Shown here in pieces: positions 20,135-32,971 of a stretch of DNA of 64,000 nt. The DNA is from Flavobacterium sp. (GTDB lineage Bacteria > Bacteroidota > Bacteroidia > Flavobacteriales > Flavobacteriaceae), in contig JBIKJF010000011.1 in NCBI GenBank assembly GCA_044361155.1, forward strand, positions 69-64,068, read 5' to 3'. A program made the translations under genes and the position numbers. The stretch's first letter is position 1. Every line of letters starts with the position of its first letter. Under the pieces are notes generated by a model. The model saw nothing but the letters and a program-made list of their open reading frames with translations, searched no databases and was not told where the DNA came from.

Positions 20135-21228
20135 AAATTTTATACATTACGCCAACAATTAATACTGAAGGCGGTTTGGAACGAGTTTTGTCAATAAAAA
20201 CCAATTATTTTATTGAGAAATTTGGCTACCAAATTGACGTTATAACTTGTAATAATGGTTTTCAAAATTCATTTTTTAATTTCAATTCAAAAATTAAGTT
20301 TCACGATATACTATTAAATTCAAATAAGTTAGGTAACTTAATTAACTACAAAGTAAAAATTCAAAAACTTATTAATGCAATAAACCCAGATTGCATTGTC
20401 ATTTGTGATTTCGGATTAAAAGGATTTTCCTTTCCAATTTTATTTAACAATAAAGTTCCAATAGTTATTGAAGCTCATGGTTCAATTTACAACGAATCAC
20501 AATATTATAAAGTCAATTTTTTTTCTAGAAATGCTAGAAGATTAAAGTATGAGTATAAAAAATTTTGCTCCAAAAAATTTGATTATTTTGTGGTACTTTC
20601 TAATGAAAGTTTAAAAGAATGGCCCGTTGTGAATTATGAAATTATTCCAAATCCAAACATAGGAAGTGCTATAATCTCAGATTTGACAGCTAAAAATGTC
20701 ATTTTAATTGCAAGACATTCACATGAAAAAGGAATTGATTATGCTTTGCAAATTTGGAAGAGAGTCACTCAAAAATATCCTGATTGGACCTTGTCTATTT
20801 TTGGAAAAAAGGATGAGCAAAATACTTTTATTAATTTAGCCAAACAATTGCAAATTGATGATAAAGTTAATTTTTTTGAACCTGTAAAAGAGATTCAAAC
20901 TCAATATAGTAAATCCTCAATTTCAATAATGACCTCCAGAACAGAGGGATTTCCAATGGCATTGATAGAGGCAATGAGTTGTGGTTTGCCTGTTGTAGCT
21001 TTTGATTGTCCAATTGGTCCAAGATCGATTATTACAAATAAAGAAGATGGTTTTTTAATTGAAGCTTTCAATTGCGATGCATTTGCCTCCAAAATTGTTC
21101 AATTGATTGAAAGCGAATCTTTACGAAAAGAAATAGGAGTAAAGGCTAAACAAAGTGTTTCTAAATATGATATTGATAAAGTTATGCTTCAATGGAACAC
21201 TTTTTTTGAAAAGATTACTTCTCGTTAA
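20131..21228 (+). CDS. GT4 glycosyltransferase
   Basis: GGLERV, ARHSHEKG, SRTEGFPMALIEAMSCGLPVVAFD. Confidence 0.92.
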   Translation: MKILYITPTINTEGGLERVLSIKTNYFIEKFGYQIDVITCNNGFQNSFFNFNSKIKFHDILLNSNKLGNLINYKVKIQKLINAINPDCIVICDFGLKGFSFPILFNNKVPIVIEAHGSIYNESQYYKVNFFSRNARRLKYEYKKFCSKKFDYFVVLSNESLKEWPVVNYEIIPNPNIGSAIISDLTAKNVILIARHSHEKGIDYALQIWKRVTQKYPDWTLSIFGKKDEQNTFINLAKQLQIDDKVNFFEPVKEIQTQYSKSSISIMTSRTEGFPMALIEAMSCGLPVVAFDCPIGPRSIITNKEDGFLIEAFNCDAFASKIVQLIESESLRKEIGVKAKQSVSKYDIDKVMLQWNTFFEKITSR

Positions 21229-22108
21229 GCATACAGAAATAGCCTAATTTATAAAAATCTAAAATCCTCAATTTTGGATTGTTAGAAAGAAGATGTCTTT
21301 CAAGTCTTTTTTCTAGTTTTTTGAATAAAAATGAGACGATTGATGTTGTGTTAGTTTTTTCAAGAAAAGTAAAGGCAGTAACAATTTTACTTTCGTCAAT
21401 TTTACTTTTATCAATTTTATAAAGCATCGATAAATTTTGAAGTGACGCTTTAATTTTTTCTAAATAAATCGCCGATGTTTCTAAATTGAGATGATAACCT
21501 TCATTTTCAATATGTTGAATGGCTTCCGACTTTTCTTTCAAATTTTTTATGAATAATAAATCTTCATAACCATATTTAGTTATATTTTCATCAAATTGGA
21601 TGGTCGTAAAAAGCTCTTTTTTAATGAGTAAATTAGAAGTTAGCGCCGATTTGTATGGATTTTGTTGTCTTTCTTCCGATGGAATAGCTTCTCGTTTTAT
21701 GCCATAAATCCAGCGTAACATTTCATTGTCATTTGGTTTTTCAGGTTTATAACAAATACCTCCAAAGACAACACTAAAGTAGTTTCTTTCAATGCATTCA
21801 AAATATTTTTCTATAAAATAATTTTGCTTCGGAAAAACATCGCAATCTAAAAGTAAAAGCCAATTGAACGATGCTTTTTCAGCCAATGAATTTATGTTTT
21901 TTCCACGTCCTAAATTTTCAGGGTTGATGTGAAAATAACAATTTTTAAAGGATGTGATTTTTAAATTTTCTACATTTAATTCCGAATGGGAAGCATCATC
22001 TTGAACAATTATTTCAAAAGGAAAACCTGATTTGACACATTGATTATACAATTCGCTAACCAAGGAATAGCAATTATAATCGTATGTCGGAATTAAGATA
22101 GAAAGCAT
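21215..22108 (-). CDS. GT2 glycosyltransferase
   Basis: LSILIPTY, VQDDAS, LLLDCD, YGYEDL. Confidence 0.88.
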   Translation of the reverse strand: MLSILIPTYDYNCYSLVSELYNQCVKSGFPFEIIVQDDASHSELNVENLKITSFKNCYFHINPENLGRGKNINSLAEKASFNWLLLLDCDVFPKQNYFIEKYFECIERNYFSVVFGGICYKPEKPNDNEMLRWIYGIKREAIPSEERQQNPYKSALTSNLLIKKELFTTIQFDENITKYGYEDLLFIKNLKEKSEAIQHIENEGYHLNLETSAIYLEKIKASLQNLSMLYKIDKSKIDESKIVTAFTFLEKTNTTSIVSFLFKKLEKRLERHLLSNNPKLRILDFYKLGYFCMLNEK

Positions 22109-22791
22109 TAAACTGTTCTTTGAACCACTTCAAATATAGAACCATCTTCACATTTTAATGTTTTAGATGGGAATTTCATAAGTAAAGCGTAATCGTGCGT
22201 TGCCATGATGATAGTTTTTCCGTTAGAATTAATGTTTTTCAACACTTCAAGTACTTCTGCACTAGTTTGAGGGTCAAGATTTCCTGTAGGTTCGTCGGCT
22301 AAGATTATTTCAGGATCGTTTAGCAAAGCTCTTGCAATCGCTACACGCTGTTGCTCTCCTCCAGAAAGTTGATGTGGCATTTTGGCAGCAAAACCTTTCA
22401 TACCAACTTTATCTAAAACTTCATCAATTTTATTTTGCATTTCAACTGGATCAATCCAACCAGTTGCTTTTAATACAAAAAGCATGTTATCGTTTACACT
22501 TCTATCTGGAAGCAATTGAAAATCTTGAAAAACAATTCCGATTTTTCTTCTCAAATAAGGAATATCGTCATCTTTTAAACCGTTTAAATCAAATTCTACA
22601 ATATGTCCTTCACCTTCAGTTAAAGGTAAATCTCCATAAAGCGTTTTCATAAAACTACTTTTTCCTGTTCCTGTTTTTCCAATAATATAAAGGAATTCTC
22701 CATGATTTACCTCAAGATTTACTTGTGACAAAATCACTTTATTTTCTTGATAAATAGTAACGTTTTTTAATGAAAGTACAGGTTGTGACAT
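22108..22791 (-). CDS. ftsE: FtsE-like ABC ATP-binding protein
   Basis: Walker [44 protein letters not shown]. Confidence 0.8.
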   Translation of the reverse strand: MSQPVLSLKNVTIYQENKVILSQVNLEVNHGEFLYIIGKTGTGKSSFMKTLYGDLPLTEGEGHIVEFDLNGLKDDDIPYLRRKIGIVFQDFQLLPDRSVNDNMLFVLKATGWIDPVEMQNKIDEVLDKVGMKGFAAKMPHQLSGGEQQRVAIARALLNDPEIILADEPTGNLDPQTSAEVLEVLKNINSNGKTIIMATHDYALLMKFPSKTLKCEDGSIFEVVQRTV

Positions 22792-22826
22792 AAGAAATTT
22801 TGTTTATTGGGTAAAAGTAATAAATT

Positions 22827-22948
22827 TTAGATATTAGATATTAGATTTTAGAAATATAAATTTTTGGGTTTACTTATTTTTAAACTTAAAAGCTTGATTT
22901 TTATTGTTTAAAATCTTTTTAATATCTAATATTTAAAATCTAATATCT
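22827..22948. repeat. Heptamer tandem repeats in inverted arrangement (divergent intergenic region)
   Basis: TTAGATA/TTAGATA/TTAGATT/TTAGAAA (22827-22854) and AATATCT/AATATTT/AAAATCT/AATATCT (22921-22948). Confidence 0.75.
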
Positions 22949-23049
22949 TAAATTAGATTGTTAAGAAAAATGTTTATAATAAAACCAAACAAATGCTCGT
23001 TATACCTAAGTATAGTAATATTTTTGAATGATTAATAAAAATTTAAGCA

Positions 23050-26000
23050 ATGCAAAAAATAATAGCGATTATAGTTCTAAATTTCCTAGTTGGATTTACA
23101 ACAATTTCGGCTCAAAAAACAGAGATTTACAATCATCAATTAGCGGAATTTGACAAAGCCGTTTTATTGTATAATGACAAGCAATATTTGGCAGCTCAAA
23201 TTATCTTTGATAAAGTTAAACAAGACAATAAATCACTTGATGTTCAGTCGGATTGTGCTTATTATATTGCGTTTTGCGCTATTAAGTTAAATCAGAATAA
23301 TGCCGAACAATTGATGGAAAATTTCGTTACAGAATACCCAACAAGTTCAAAACAAAATCAGGCTTATATTGGAGTTTCTCAATATTATTTTGCACAAGGA
23401 AATTACCCAAAAGCGTTGCAATATTTTGATAAAGTTGATGAAAGCGGACTAACTTATGATGAGTTAGAAAAGTATAACTTTCAAAAAGGTTATGCTTATT
23501 TTACAGCCAAAAAGAAAAAAGAAGCAACAACCTATTTCAATAAAGTTCAAAATTCGAAAGAATATGGATCACAAGCCAAATATTATTTAGGATTTATGGC
23601 TTATGAAGAAGATAACTATAAAGAGGCAACTAAGCAATTTGACCAAGTTTCTGGGGAAGAAAAATATAAAGAAAAGTTATCCTATTTTCAAGCGGATATG
23701 AATTTCAAACTTGGAAATTTTCAAAAAGCAATCGATTTAGGAAAAGCAGCAATGGCAAAATCTAACGCTGCTGAAAAATCGGAGTTGAATAAAATTATTG
23801 GTGAAAGTTATTTCAATTTGAAACAATATGGTGAAGCATTACCTTATTTAAAGGAATATAAAGGCAAAAAAGGAAAATGGAGCAATACCGATTTTTATCA
23901 GTTAGGATATACTTATTACCAACAAAAAGATTACGAAAATGCTATTTCACAATTCAATAAAATCATTGATGGAAATGACTTTGTAGCTCAAAATGCGTAT
24001 TATCATTTGGGAGAAAGTTATATGAAAACCGATAAAAAGCAACAGGCTTTAAACGCATTTAAAATTGCTTCGGAAATGGATTTTGATAAAAAAATTCAAG
24101 AAGATGCCAATTTGAATTATGCTAAAATCAGTTATGAAATTGGAAATTCATTTCAATCGGTTCCTGATGTTTTATCTTCATTTTTGACAAAATATCCAAA
24201 CTCACTTAGCAAAAATGAAATTGAAAACTTATTGATTAACTCATACATCACTTCTAAAAATTACAAAGAAGCGTTGACTTTGTTGGAAAAAAATAAAAAT
24301 CCAGAAAACAGATTGGCGTATCAAAAAGTAACTTTTTATAGAGGTTTAGAATTATACACAGACGGAAATTATCAAGAAGCACAAAAGATGTTTGCCAAAT
24401 CGTTGAAAGAACAAAAAGATGCAAAATTCTCAGCAAGAGCTACATTTTGGAAAGCTGAAACAGAATTTACTTTAGATAATTTCAACGAAGCATTGTTAAG
24501 TTTCAAACAATTTGAAGGAATGGCAGAAGCTAAAAATACTCCTGAATTCAAAAATGTAAATTACAACATCGCTTATTGTTATTTCAAACAAAAAGAATAT
24601 GAGCAAGCAGGAAATTATTTTCAAGCACAAATTGATGCTGTTAAAGACGACAAAATTAGATTGAATGATTCCTATTTACGACTTGGAGACAGCCGTTTTG
24701 TAACTTCTAAATATTGGCCAGCAATGGACGCTTACAATAAAGCAATCGAATTAAAAAGCGTTGATGCTGATTATGCTGCGTTTCAAAAAGCAATTTCTTA
24801 TGGTTTTGTAAGTAAAAATGATAAGAAAATCGAAGATTTTACTAAGTTTTTAGCAACTTTCAAAACCTCTCAATATCGTGACGATGCTTTGTTTGAACTA
24901 GGAAATACTTATGTTGCTGATAATAAAACTGATTTAGCAATTAAAACCTACGATCAATTATTATCAGAATTTAAAAATGGTTCTTATGCTTCAAAAGCGG
25001 TTTTGCGTCAAGGATTGATTTATTACAATGCTAATAAAGACAACGAAGCCATAGTGAAATTCAAAAAAGTAGCTGCTGATTATCCAAGAACTCCAGAAGC
25101 AATCGAAGCAGTTTCTACAGCAAGATTGATATATGTTGATAACGGAAAAGTAGACGAATATGCAACTTGGGTTAGAACTTTAGATTTCGTAGAAGTTTCA
25201 GATGCTGAATTAGATAATGATACTTATGAAGCGGCTGAAAAACAATATTTGCAAAATAATACTAAACAAGCCATTGCGACTTTAAGTGGTTATGTTGCTA
25301 AATTTCCAAAAGGAATTCATGCTTTGAAAGCCAATTTCTATTTAGCGCAATCCTATTATGCTGATGGATTGGAAGCTAATTCAGTTCCAAATTATGAATA
25401 CGTAATTGCGCAATCGAAAAGCGAATTTACAGAACAATCGTTAGCTCGTTTATGTGAAATTCATTTGAAAAAAGATGATTTTAATAAAGTAATTCCGGTT
25501 TTAAAGCGATTAGAAACTGAAGCTGATTTTCCACAAAACGTAACTTTTGCTCAAGCTAATTTAATGAGAGCTTATTATTCACAAAAAGATTATCCAAATT
25601 CGGTAGTTTATGCTGATAAAGTTTTGGCGAATCCAAAAACAGATAATAAAGTAAAAAGTGATGCTCAAATTATTGTAGCACGTTCAGCAATAAAAGCTAA
25701 TGACGAAGCTAAAGCAAGAATAGCTTATGCTAATTTATTAAAAATCGCCAAAGGTGAATTAGCTGCTGAGGCATTATTTTATGATGCTTTTTTCAAAAAT
25801 AAAGATGCAAAATTTGCTGAATCCAATAAAGTAGTTCAGAAAATCGCTAAAGATTATTCAGGATACAAGTATTTTGGAGCCAAAGGTTTAGTAGTAATGT
25901 CAAGAAACTATTATGGATTGAAAGACAGTTTTCAAGCGACAGCAATTTTAGAAAGTGTTATAGAAAATTTTGCTGAATTTACAGATGTTGTTGAAGAAGC

Positions 26001-26064
26001 CCAAGCCGAATTAAACACAATAAAAGCAGAGGAAAGTAAAACGAATTCATCAATTGAAAAATAA
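23050..26064 (+). CDS. Large exported tetratricopeptide repeat protein
   Basis: Signal peptide, then many TPR units (AYYHLGESY, ALFELGNTY, ANFYLAQSYY). Confidence 0.88.
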   Translation: MQKIIAIIVLNFLVGFTTISAQKTEIYNHQLAEFDKAVLLYNDKQYLAAQIIFDKVKQDNKSLDVQSDCAYYIAFCAIKLNQNNAEQLMENFVTEYPTSSKQNQAYIGVSQYYFAQGNYPKALQYFDKVDESGLTYDELEKYNFQKGYAYFTAKKKKEATTYFNKVQNSKEYGSQAKYYLGFMAYEEDNYKEATKQFDQVSGEEKYKEKLSYFQADMNFKLGNFQKAIDLGKAAMAKSNAAEKSELNKIIGESYFNLKQYGEALPYLKEYKGKKGKWSNTDFYQLGYTYYQQKDYENAISQFNKIIDGNDFVAQNAYYHLGESYMKTDKKQQALNAFKIASEMDFDKKIQEDANLNYAKISYEIGNSFQSVPDVLSSFLTKYPNSLSKNEIENLLINSYITSKNYKEALTLLEKNKNPENRLAYQKVTFYRGLELYTDGNYQEAQKMFAKSLKEQKDAKFSARATFWKAETEFTLDNFNEALLSFKQFEGMAEAKNTPEFKNVNYNIAYCYFKQKEYEQAGNYFQAQIDAVKDDKIRLNDSYLRLGDSRFVTSKYWPAMDAYNKAIELKSVDADYAAFQKAISYGFVSKNDKKIEDFTKFLATFKTSQYRDDALFELGNTYVADNKTDLAIKTYDQLLSEFKNGSYASKAVLRQGLIYYNANKDNEAIVKFKKVAADYPRTPEAIEAVSTARLIYVDNGKVDEYATWVRTLDFVEVSDAELDNDTYEAAEKQYLQNNTKQAIATLSGYVAKFPKGIHALKANFYLAQSYYADGLEANSVPNYEYVIAQSKSEFTEQSLARLCEIHLKKDDFNKVIPVLKRLETEADFPQNVTFAQANLMRAYYSQKDYPNSVVYADKVLANPKTDNKVKSDAQIIVARSAIKANDEAKARIAYANLLKIAKGELAAEALFYDAFFKNKDAKFAESNKVVQKIAKDYSGYKYFGAKGLVVMSRNYYGLKDSFQATAILESVIENFAEFTDVVEEAQAELNTIKAEESKTNSSIEK

Positions 26065-26073
26065 ATAGTTGTT

Positions 26074-26097
26074 GTCACACTTAGCGCAGTCGAAGTG
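26074..26097 (+). repeat. REP-like palindrome
   Basis: GTCACACTTAGCGCAGTCGAAGTG; its terminal GTG supplies the probably false ORF-track start at 26095. Confidence 0.75.
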
Positions 26098-27882
26098 AAA
26101 TGCTTAAAAATGAAAAACATGAAAATTAATTTCCAATATAAAATCGCAATTGTAACTTTTCTTTTAGGAACTCAAATTACTTTTGCTCAAAAGAAAGACG
26201 AAAACATCGGAACCGAAGTTGTAAATGTGGTAAAGCCATATACGCCAGCTATTTCGGATGCTTTTAAAGTAAAAGAAACACCTTCTTTAGAAGATGATGA
26301 TAATTCTAAAAAAGAAGACATTCAATACAATATTTTCTCTTTTCCTGTAGCTTCAACTTTTACACCTTCTAAAGGAAAAGCGGCTGGAGTAGACAAAGAA
26401 AAAGAAGAAAAAATATTTAGTAATTATGCCACATTAGCAGCAGGAAATTACGGAAATATTAACGCTGAATTATTCGTAACGCAAACTCTAGAAAGCGGAA
26501 ATTATATTGGTGCCATGTTACGTCATCTTTCTTCGCAAGGCGGAATTAAAGAAGTTGAATTGGATGATAATTTTTCAAATTCTTCACTAGATTTAACTTA
26601 CGGAAGTAGAACCAATGCTCTTTCCTGGAATGCTGATTTAGGATATCAAATGCAATCTTATAATTGGTATGGTTTAAATCCTGCATTGTATGAAACTTTA
26701 TTACCGACGGATAAAGATATATTTATCAATCAAATAAATGAAAAGAATGCTTATCAAACTATTTCAGTAGGAGGAAGACTTTCTATGAATAAAAGTATTT
26801 TTAAGGAAGCTAACATTAAATTCAATCGTTTTACTGATGATTTTACAATTGCTGAAAATAATTTTGTTGCCAAACCATCTTTCGAGTTTGACGTTATGGA
26901 AGAAACGGTTAAAGCTGAATTTATAGTTGATTATATTAGTGGTAACTTCAATGATTATACAAACAAAACTGTTGAAAATAAATATGCTTATACCAATTTT
27001 GGTTTCAAACCGAGTTTTCAAATAAACAAGGAAGATTTATCCGTTAATGTTGGTGTTGGAATGTTTTATAGCGGAGCTTCTCAAGGAGGCGAAAATAAGT
27101 TTTTTATCTATCCAAATGTCACTGCTTCCTATAAAGTTGTTGGTGATTTAATGATAGGATATGCTGGTGCAGAAGGTGGTTTAATTCAAAATAGTTACAG
27201 AAATTTTGTCGATACCAATTTTTTTATGTCACCAACATCGATGATAGCCCCAACAGACCAAAAGTATGATTTATATGTTGGTTTAAAAGGAAAGCTAGCC
27301 AGTTCGATCGCTTATAATGTAAGAGGTTCTTTTATAAACGAAGACAACAAAGCGCTTTTTAAAAGCAATTCATACTTTGTAGATAATACAAATACAGAGG
27401 GTTATGCTTTTGCAAATTCTTTTGGGTTGGTTTATGACAATGTAAAAACCATCACTTTCTTTGGTGAGTTAAAAGCCGATTTTTCAAAAAATACTACGTT
27501 TGGTATTAATGGCGAGTTTAATAGTTTTTCTACGCAAAACGAAAGAGAGGCATGGAATTTACCTACACTGCGAATAGCAAGTAACCTAGATATTACTATT
27601 ACAAATAAATGGTCTGCAGGATTAAACGTGTTTTTTGTTGGAGAACGATTAGACCAATTTACTAGAGCCTCTTTAGGTCCGACTTTCCCCACAATAAGTA
27701 CCGATGTAAAATTGGAAAGCTATTTTGATTTGAACACTAATCTTCTTTATAAATACAGTGAACGTTTGAGCTTTTGTCTTAAAGGCAACAACTTGGCAAA
27801 TCAAAATTATCAACGATGGATTAATAGCCCCGTACAAGGAATTCAAGTTTTATTAGGTGCTAATTACAAATTTGATTTTTAA
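26095..27882 (+). CDS. Outer-membrane beta-barrel, TonB-dependent-receptor-like (start probably ATG 26119)
   Basis: Signal peptide, amphipathic beta strands, TBDR-like C-terminus GNNLANQNY...LLGANYKFDF. Confidence 0.75.
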   Translation: MKCLKMKNMKINFQYKIAIVTFLLGTQITFAQKKDENIGTEVVNVVKPYTPAISDAFKVKETPSLEDDDNSKKEDIQYNIFSFPVASTFTPSKGKAAGVDKEKEEKIFSNYATLAAGNYGNINAELFVTQTLESGNYIGAMLRHLSSQGGIKEVELDDNFSNSSLDLTYGSRTNALSWNADLGYQMQSYNWYGLNPALYETLLPTDKDIFINQINEKNAYQTISVGGRLSMNKSIFKEANIKFNRFTDDFTIAENNFVAKPSFEFDVMEETVKAEFIVDYISGNFNDYTNKTVENKYAYTNFGFKPSFQINKEDLSVNVGVGMFYSGASQGGENKFFIYPNVTASYKVVGDLMIGYAGAEGGLIQNSYRNFVDTNFFMSPTSMIAPTDQKYDLYVGLKGKLASSIAYNVRGSFINEDNKALFKSNSYFVDNTNTEGYAFANSFGLVYDNVKTITFFGELKADFSKNTTFGINGEFNSFSTQNEREAWNLPTLRIASNLDITITNKWSAGLNVFFVGERLDQFTRASLGPTFPTISTDVKLESYFDLNTNLLYKYSERLSFCLKGNNLANQNYQRWINSPVQGIQVLLGANYKFDF

Positions 27883-27978
27883 TTATTAACCACAAAGTTT
27901 ATACAGTTTATACGCAGTTCACTATATAATTTGTGCTTCTTGTGCTTTCTTCGTGAACTCTGTCGTTAAATTATTTAT

Positions 27979-28422
27979 ATGAAACAACAAATTCTTAAGC
28001 AACACCAACAATTACTTCAAGATAAAATCGATGTCTTCCGTGACATGATTTCTGGACTAACCGAAGATGCTCAAAACGATGCTAAAGGTTCGGCAGGTGA
28101 TAAGCATGAAACCGCTTTGTCGATGATGCATATCGAACAAGAAAAACTGAACCACAAGTTAAAAGAAATTCTCGGCCAAAAAGCAATTCTAGATAAAATT
28201 GACGCTTCTGCAAATCATACTAAAATCGCTTTAGGAAGTTTGGTTCAAGCCAATGGAATGCTTTTATTTATTAGTGCAGCTTTACCTAAAATCACTGTTG
28301 AAGATAAAACTATTATCGCAGTTTCTCCACAATCACCACTTGGAAGTAAGTTGATGGGAAATGAAGTGGGTTTTGAGTTTGAAATTAATACAACAAAATT
28401 TAAGATAGAATTTGTTTTATAG
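27979..28422 (+). CDS. GreA/GreB-like protein
   Basis: N-terminal coiled coil with SAGDKHET tip; C-terminal IALGSLV and VSPQSPLGSKLMG. Confidence 0.7.
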   Translation: MKQQILKQHQQLLQDKIDVFRDMISGLTEDAQNDAKGSAGDKHETALSMMHIEQEKLNHKLKEILGQKAILDKIDASANHTKIALGSLVQANGMLLFISAALPKITVEDKTIIAVSPQSPLGSKLMGNEVGFEFEINTTKFKIEFVL

Positions 28423-28691
28423 CTCTTAATGAAACTTAATTACTTAATGGTTTAAAAAAATATTCATTGTAATTTATTAACAATTTCTAACCTAAAACCA
28501 CAATTTAAAACAATTTTACTTTATAATTTTTATATAAAATCAATTTTTAGTTTAAAATTATAACTAATTATTCTTTTTTGGTTTTAATATTTGAAGTATT
28601 ACCTCAATTTTGCTTCATCAAATAAAGAATATAGTTTTTGAGATAACCTTATAAACTCTTAAACTTTTTTAAACTTTTAAACTAGAATAAA

Positions 28692-30365
28692 ATGTGTGGA
28701 ATTGTATGCGCCTTTGATTTAAAACAAAAATCAGAATCATTAAGACCTCAAGTATTAGAAATGGCTAAAATCATCCGTCACCGCGGACCAGATTGGAGCG
28801 GAATTTTTAGTAACGATAAAGCTATATTAGCTCACGAAAGATTAGCTATTGTAGATCCAGCTTCAGGGAAACAACCTTTGTTTAGTCAAGATAAAAGTTT
28901 GGTTCTTGCAGCCAACGGAGAGATTTACAATCACAGAGAATTACGCAAACAATTTGAAGGCAAGTACCAATTTCAAACAGAAAGTGATTGCGAAGTAATT
29001 CTTGCTTTATATAAAGAAAAAGGAGTTCACTTCATAGACGAAATGAACGGAATTTTTGGATTTGCAATCTACGATGTTGAAAAAGATGAATATTTCATTG
29101 CTCGCGACCACATGGGAATTATTCCATTATACATCGGTTGGGACCAATACGGAACATTTTATGTAGCGTCAGAACTAAAAGCTTTAGAAGGATACTGTAC
29201 AAAAATAGAATTATTTCCACCTGGACATTATATGTCAAGCAAAGATGGCGAATTCGCAAAATGGTACAACAGAGAATGGACTGAGTATGATGCTGTAAAA
29301 GATAACGCAACAAGCATTGACGAAATAAAAGTAGCATTAGAAGCAGCAGTTCACCGTCAATTGATGAGTGATGTTCCTTATGGTGTTTTACTTTCAGGTG
29401 GTTTAGATTCTTCAATTACATCGGCTATTGCCAAAAAATATGCTCAAAAACGTATTGAATCAGGAGACACAGTTGATGCTTGGTATCCACAATTACACTC
29501 ATTTGCAGTTGGTTTAGAAGGTTCGCCAGATTTAGCTGCTGCACAAGTTGTAGCTGACCATTTAGGTACAATTCACCACGAAATAAAATTCACCATTCAA
29601 GAAGGTTTAGATGCTGTTCGTGACGTAATTTACAATCTTGAAACTTACGATGTTACTACAATTCGTGCATCAACACCAATGTATTTAATGGCAAGAGTTA
29701 TTAAATCAATGGGAATCAAAATGGTGCTTTCAGGCGAAGGTTCTGATGAGTTGTTTGGTGGTTATTTGTATTTTCACAAAGCTCCAAATGCGAGAGAATT
29801 CCACGAAGAAACCGTACGTAAATTAAGTAAATTACATATGTACGATTGCTTGCGAGCTAACAAAAGTTTGGCAGCTTGGGGAATTGAAGGACGCGTACCA
29901 TTTTTAGATAAAGAATTTATGGATGTTGCCATGCGCATCAATCCACAAGACAAAATGATTAACGGAGAACGCATGGAAAAATGGGTTTTGCGTAAAGCAT
30001 TTGAAGATATGTTGCCAGCAAGTGTTGCTTGGAGACAAAAAGAACAATTCAGTGATGGCGTTGGATACAGTTGGATTGACACTTTAAAAGAAATGGTCGT
30101 AAAAGAAATTTCCGATGAGCAATTGGAGAATGCAAAATTCAAGTTTCCAATTCAGACGCCAACATCTAAGGAAGAGTATTATTATCGTTCTCTTTTTACA
30201 GAGCATTTCCCAAGCGATATGGCAGCATTGTGCGTTCCTCAAGAAGCAAGCGTTGCTTGTAGTACCAAAATTGCATTAGAATGGGATGAAGCTTTCAAAA
30301 ACATTAATGATCCATCGGGTAGAGCAGTGGCAAACGTGCACGAAGACGCCTATATAAAAGTTTAA
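28692..30365 (+). CDS. asnB: Asparagine synthetase B (glutamine-hydrolysing)
   Basis: N-terminal MCGI, RHRGPDWSG, HERLAIVD, LLSGGLDSS, SGEGSDELFGGY. Confidence 0.98.
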   Translation: MCGIVCAFDLKQKSESLRPQVLEMAKIIRHRGPDWSGIFSNDKAILAHERLAIVDPASGKQPLFSQDKSLVLAANGEIYNHRELRKQFEGKYQFQTESDCEVILALYKEKGVHFIDEMNGIFGFAIYDVEKDEYFIARDHMGIIPLYIGWDQYGTFYVASELKALEGYCTKIELFPPGHYMSSKDGEFAKWYNREWTEYDAVKDNATSIDEIKVALEAAVHRQLMSDVPYGVLLSGGLDSSITSAIAKKYAQKRIESGDTVDAWYPQLHSFAVGLEGSPDLAAAQVVADHLGTIHHEIKFTIQEGLDAVRDVIYNLETYDVTTIRASTPMYLMARVIKSMGIKMVLSGEGSDELFGGYLYFHKAPNAREFHEETVRKLSKLHMYDCLRANKSLAAWGIEGRVPFLDKEFMDVAMRINPQDKMINGERMEKWVLRKAFEDMLPASVAWRQKEQFSDGVGYSWIDTLKEMVVKEISDEQLENAKFKFPIQTPTSKEEYYYRSLFTEHFPSDMAALCVPQEASVACSTKIALEWDEAFKNINDPSGRAVANVHEDAYIKV

Positions 30366-30442
30366 AGCCAAATGTAGTCTCTTGATTTTATATTGAAGTT
30401 TAGTTTGTTTGTTTGTTTAATCTGAACTTGTTTCAGATTCTT

Positions 30443-30471
30443 AACGCTTGTCATTTATGATGAGCGTTTTT
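30443..30471 (+). terminator. Intrinsic terminator after asnB
   Basis: AACGCT-TGTCATTTATGATG-AGCGTT followed by a T run; flanked by two AATCTGAA..TGTTTC.GATT palindromes. Confidence 0.6.
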
Positions 30472-30864
30472 GTTTAATCTGAAATTGTTTCTGATTCTCA
30501 TTAAACTTATCAAGATAGTTTGTCGTTTAGAAATAATCGGGAGCGGATAGTAAGTTTTTTATCAGCAATCCATTTTCCTGCTTTCCATTCCAAGTTTTTC
30601 TTTTGTTGACTTTGAGTAACCTCAGGCAAAAAAAGAAAAAGCTTTGCATTTGAAACTTAGTTCACTGAACGCAAATAGAAATAAACGTTATGTAAAGTAA
30701 TCTGGGCTAGCTAGCATTTGTCAGTATATCAATTAGTTGTAAAAAACACTTTATGTGTAACTTCAAAAAAGCGTTTTAAATCAATTAAAATTTATTAAAA
30801 GCTAAATGTTAATAACTTCTACTTCAAAATGCTTTAAAATGCTTTAAAATCACCTCAATTATTA

Positions 30865-30872
30865 TATATTTG
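30865..30872 (+). promoter_or_regulatory. -7 promoter element (TATATTTG) of gyrB
   Basis: Exact TAnnTTTG match 38 nt before the ATG. Confidence 0.6.
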
Positions 30873-30904
30873 CGTGTTAGACAAAAATCATACATACGAT
30901 ATAA

Positions 30905-32851
<1,947 letters not shown>

Positions 32852-32880
32852 TTAGTTTTGATATTTTATTAATATATAAG

Positions 32881-32922
32881 GTGAAATCTACGACTATTAT
32901 TGTTGTAGATTTTACTTTTTTT
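32881..32922 (+). terminator. Intrinsic terminator after gyrB
   Basis: GTGAAATCTACGAC-loop-GTTGTAGATTTTAC followed by a T run. Confidence 0.7.
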
Positions 32923-32971
32923 TGTGTCAGCAGTAATAAATACTAAGTACTAACCAATCAAATAAACTAAA

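Noticed and set aside
30500-30700. ncRNA in the long asnB-gyrB spacer
   Set aside because: Looks like degenerate intergenic palindromic repeats; no consistent extended structure
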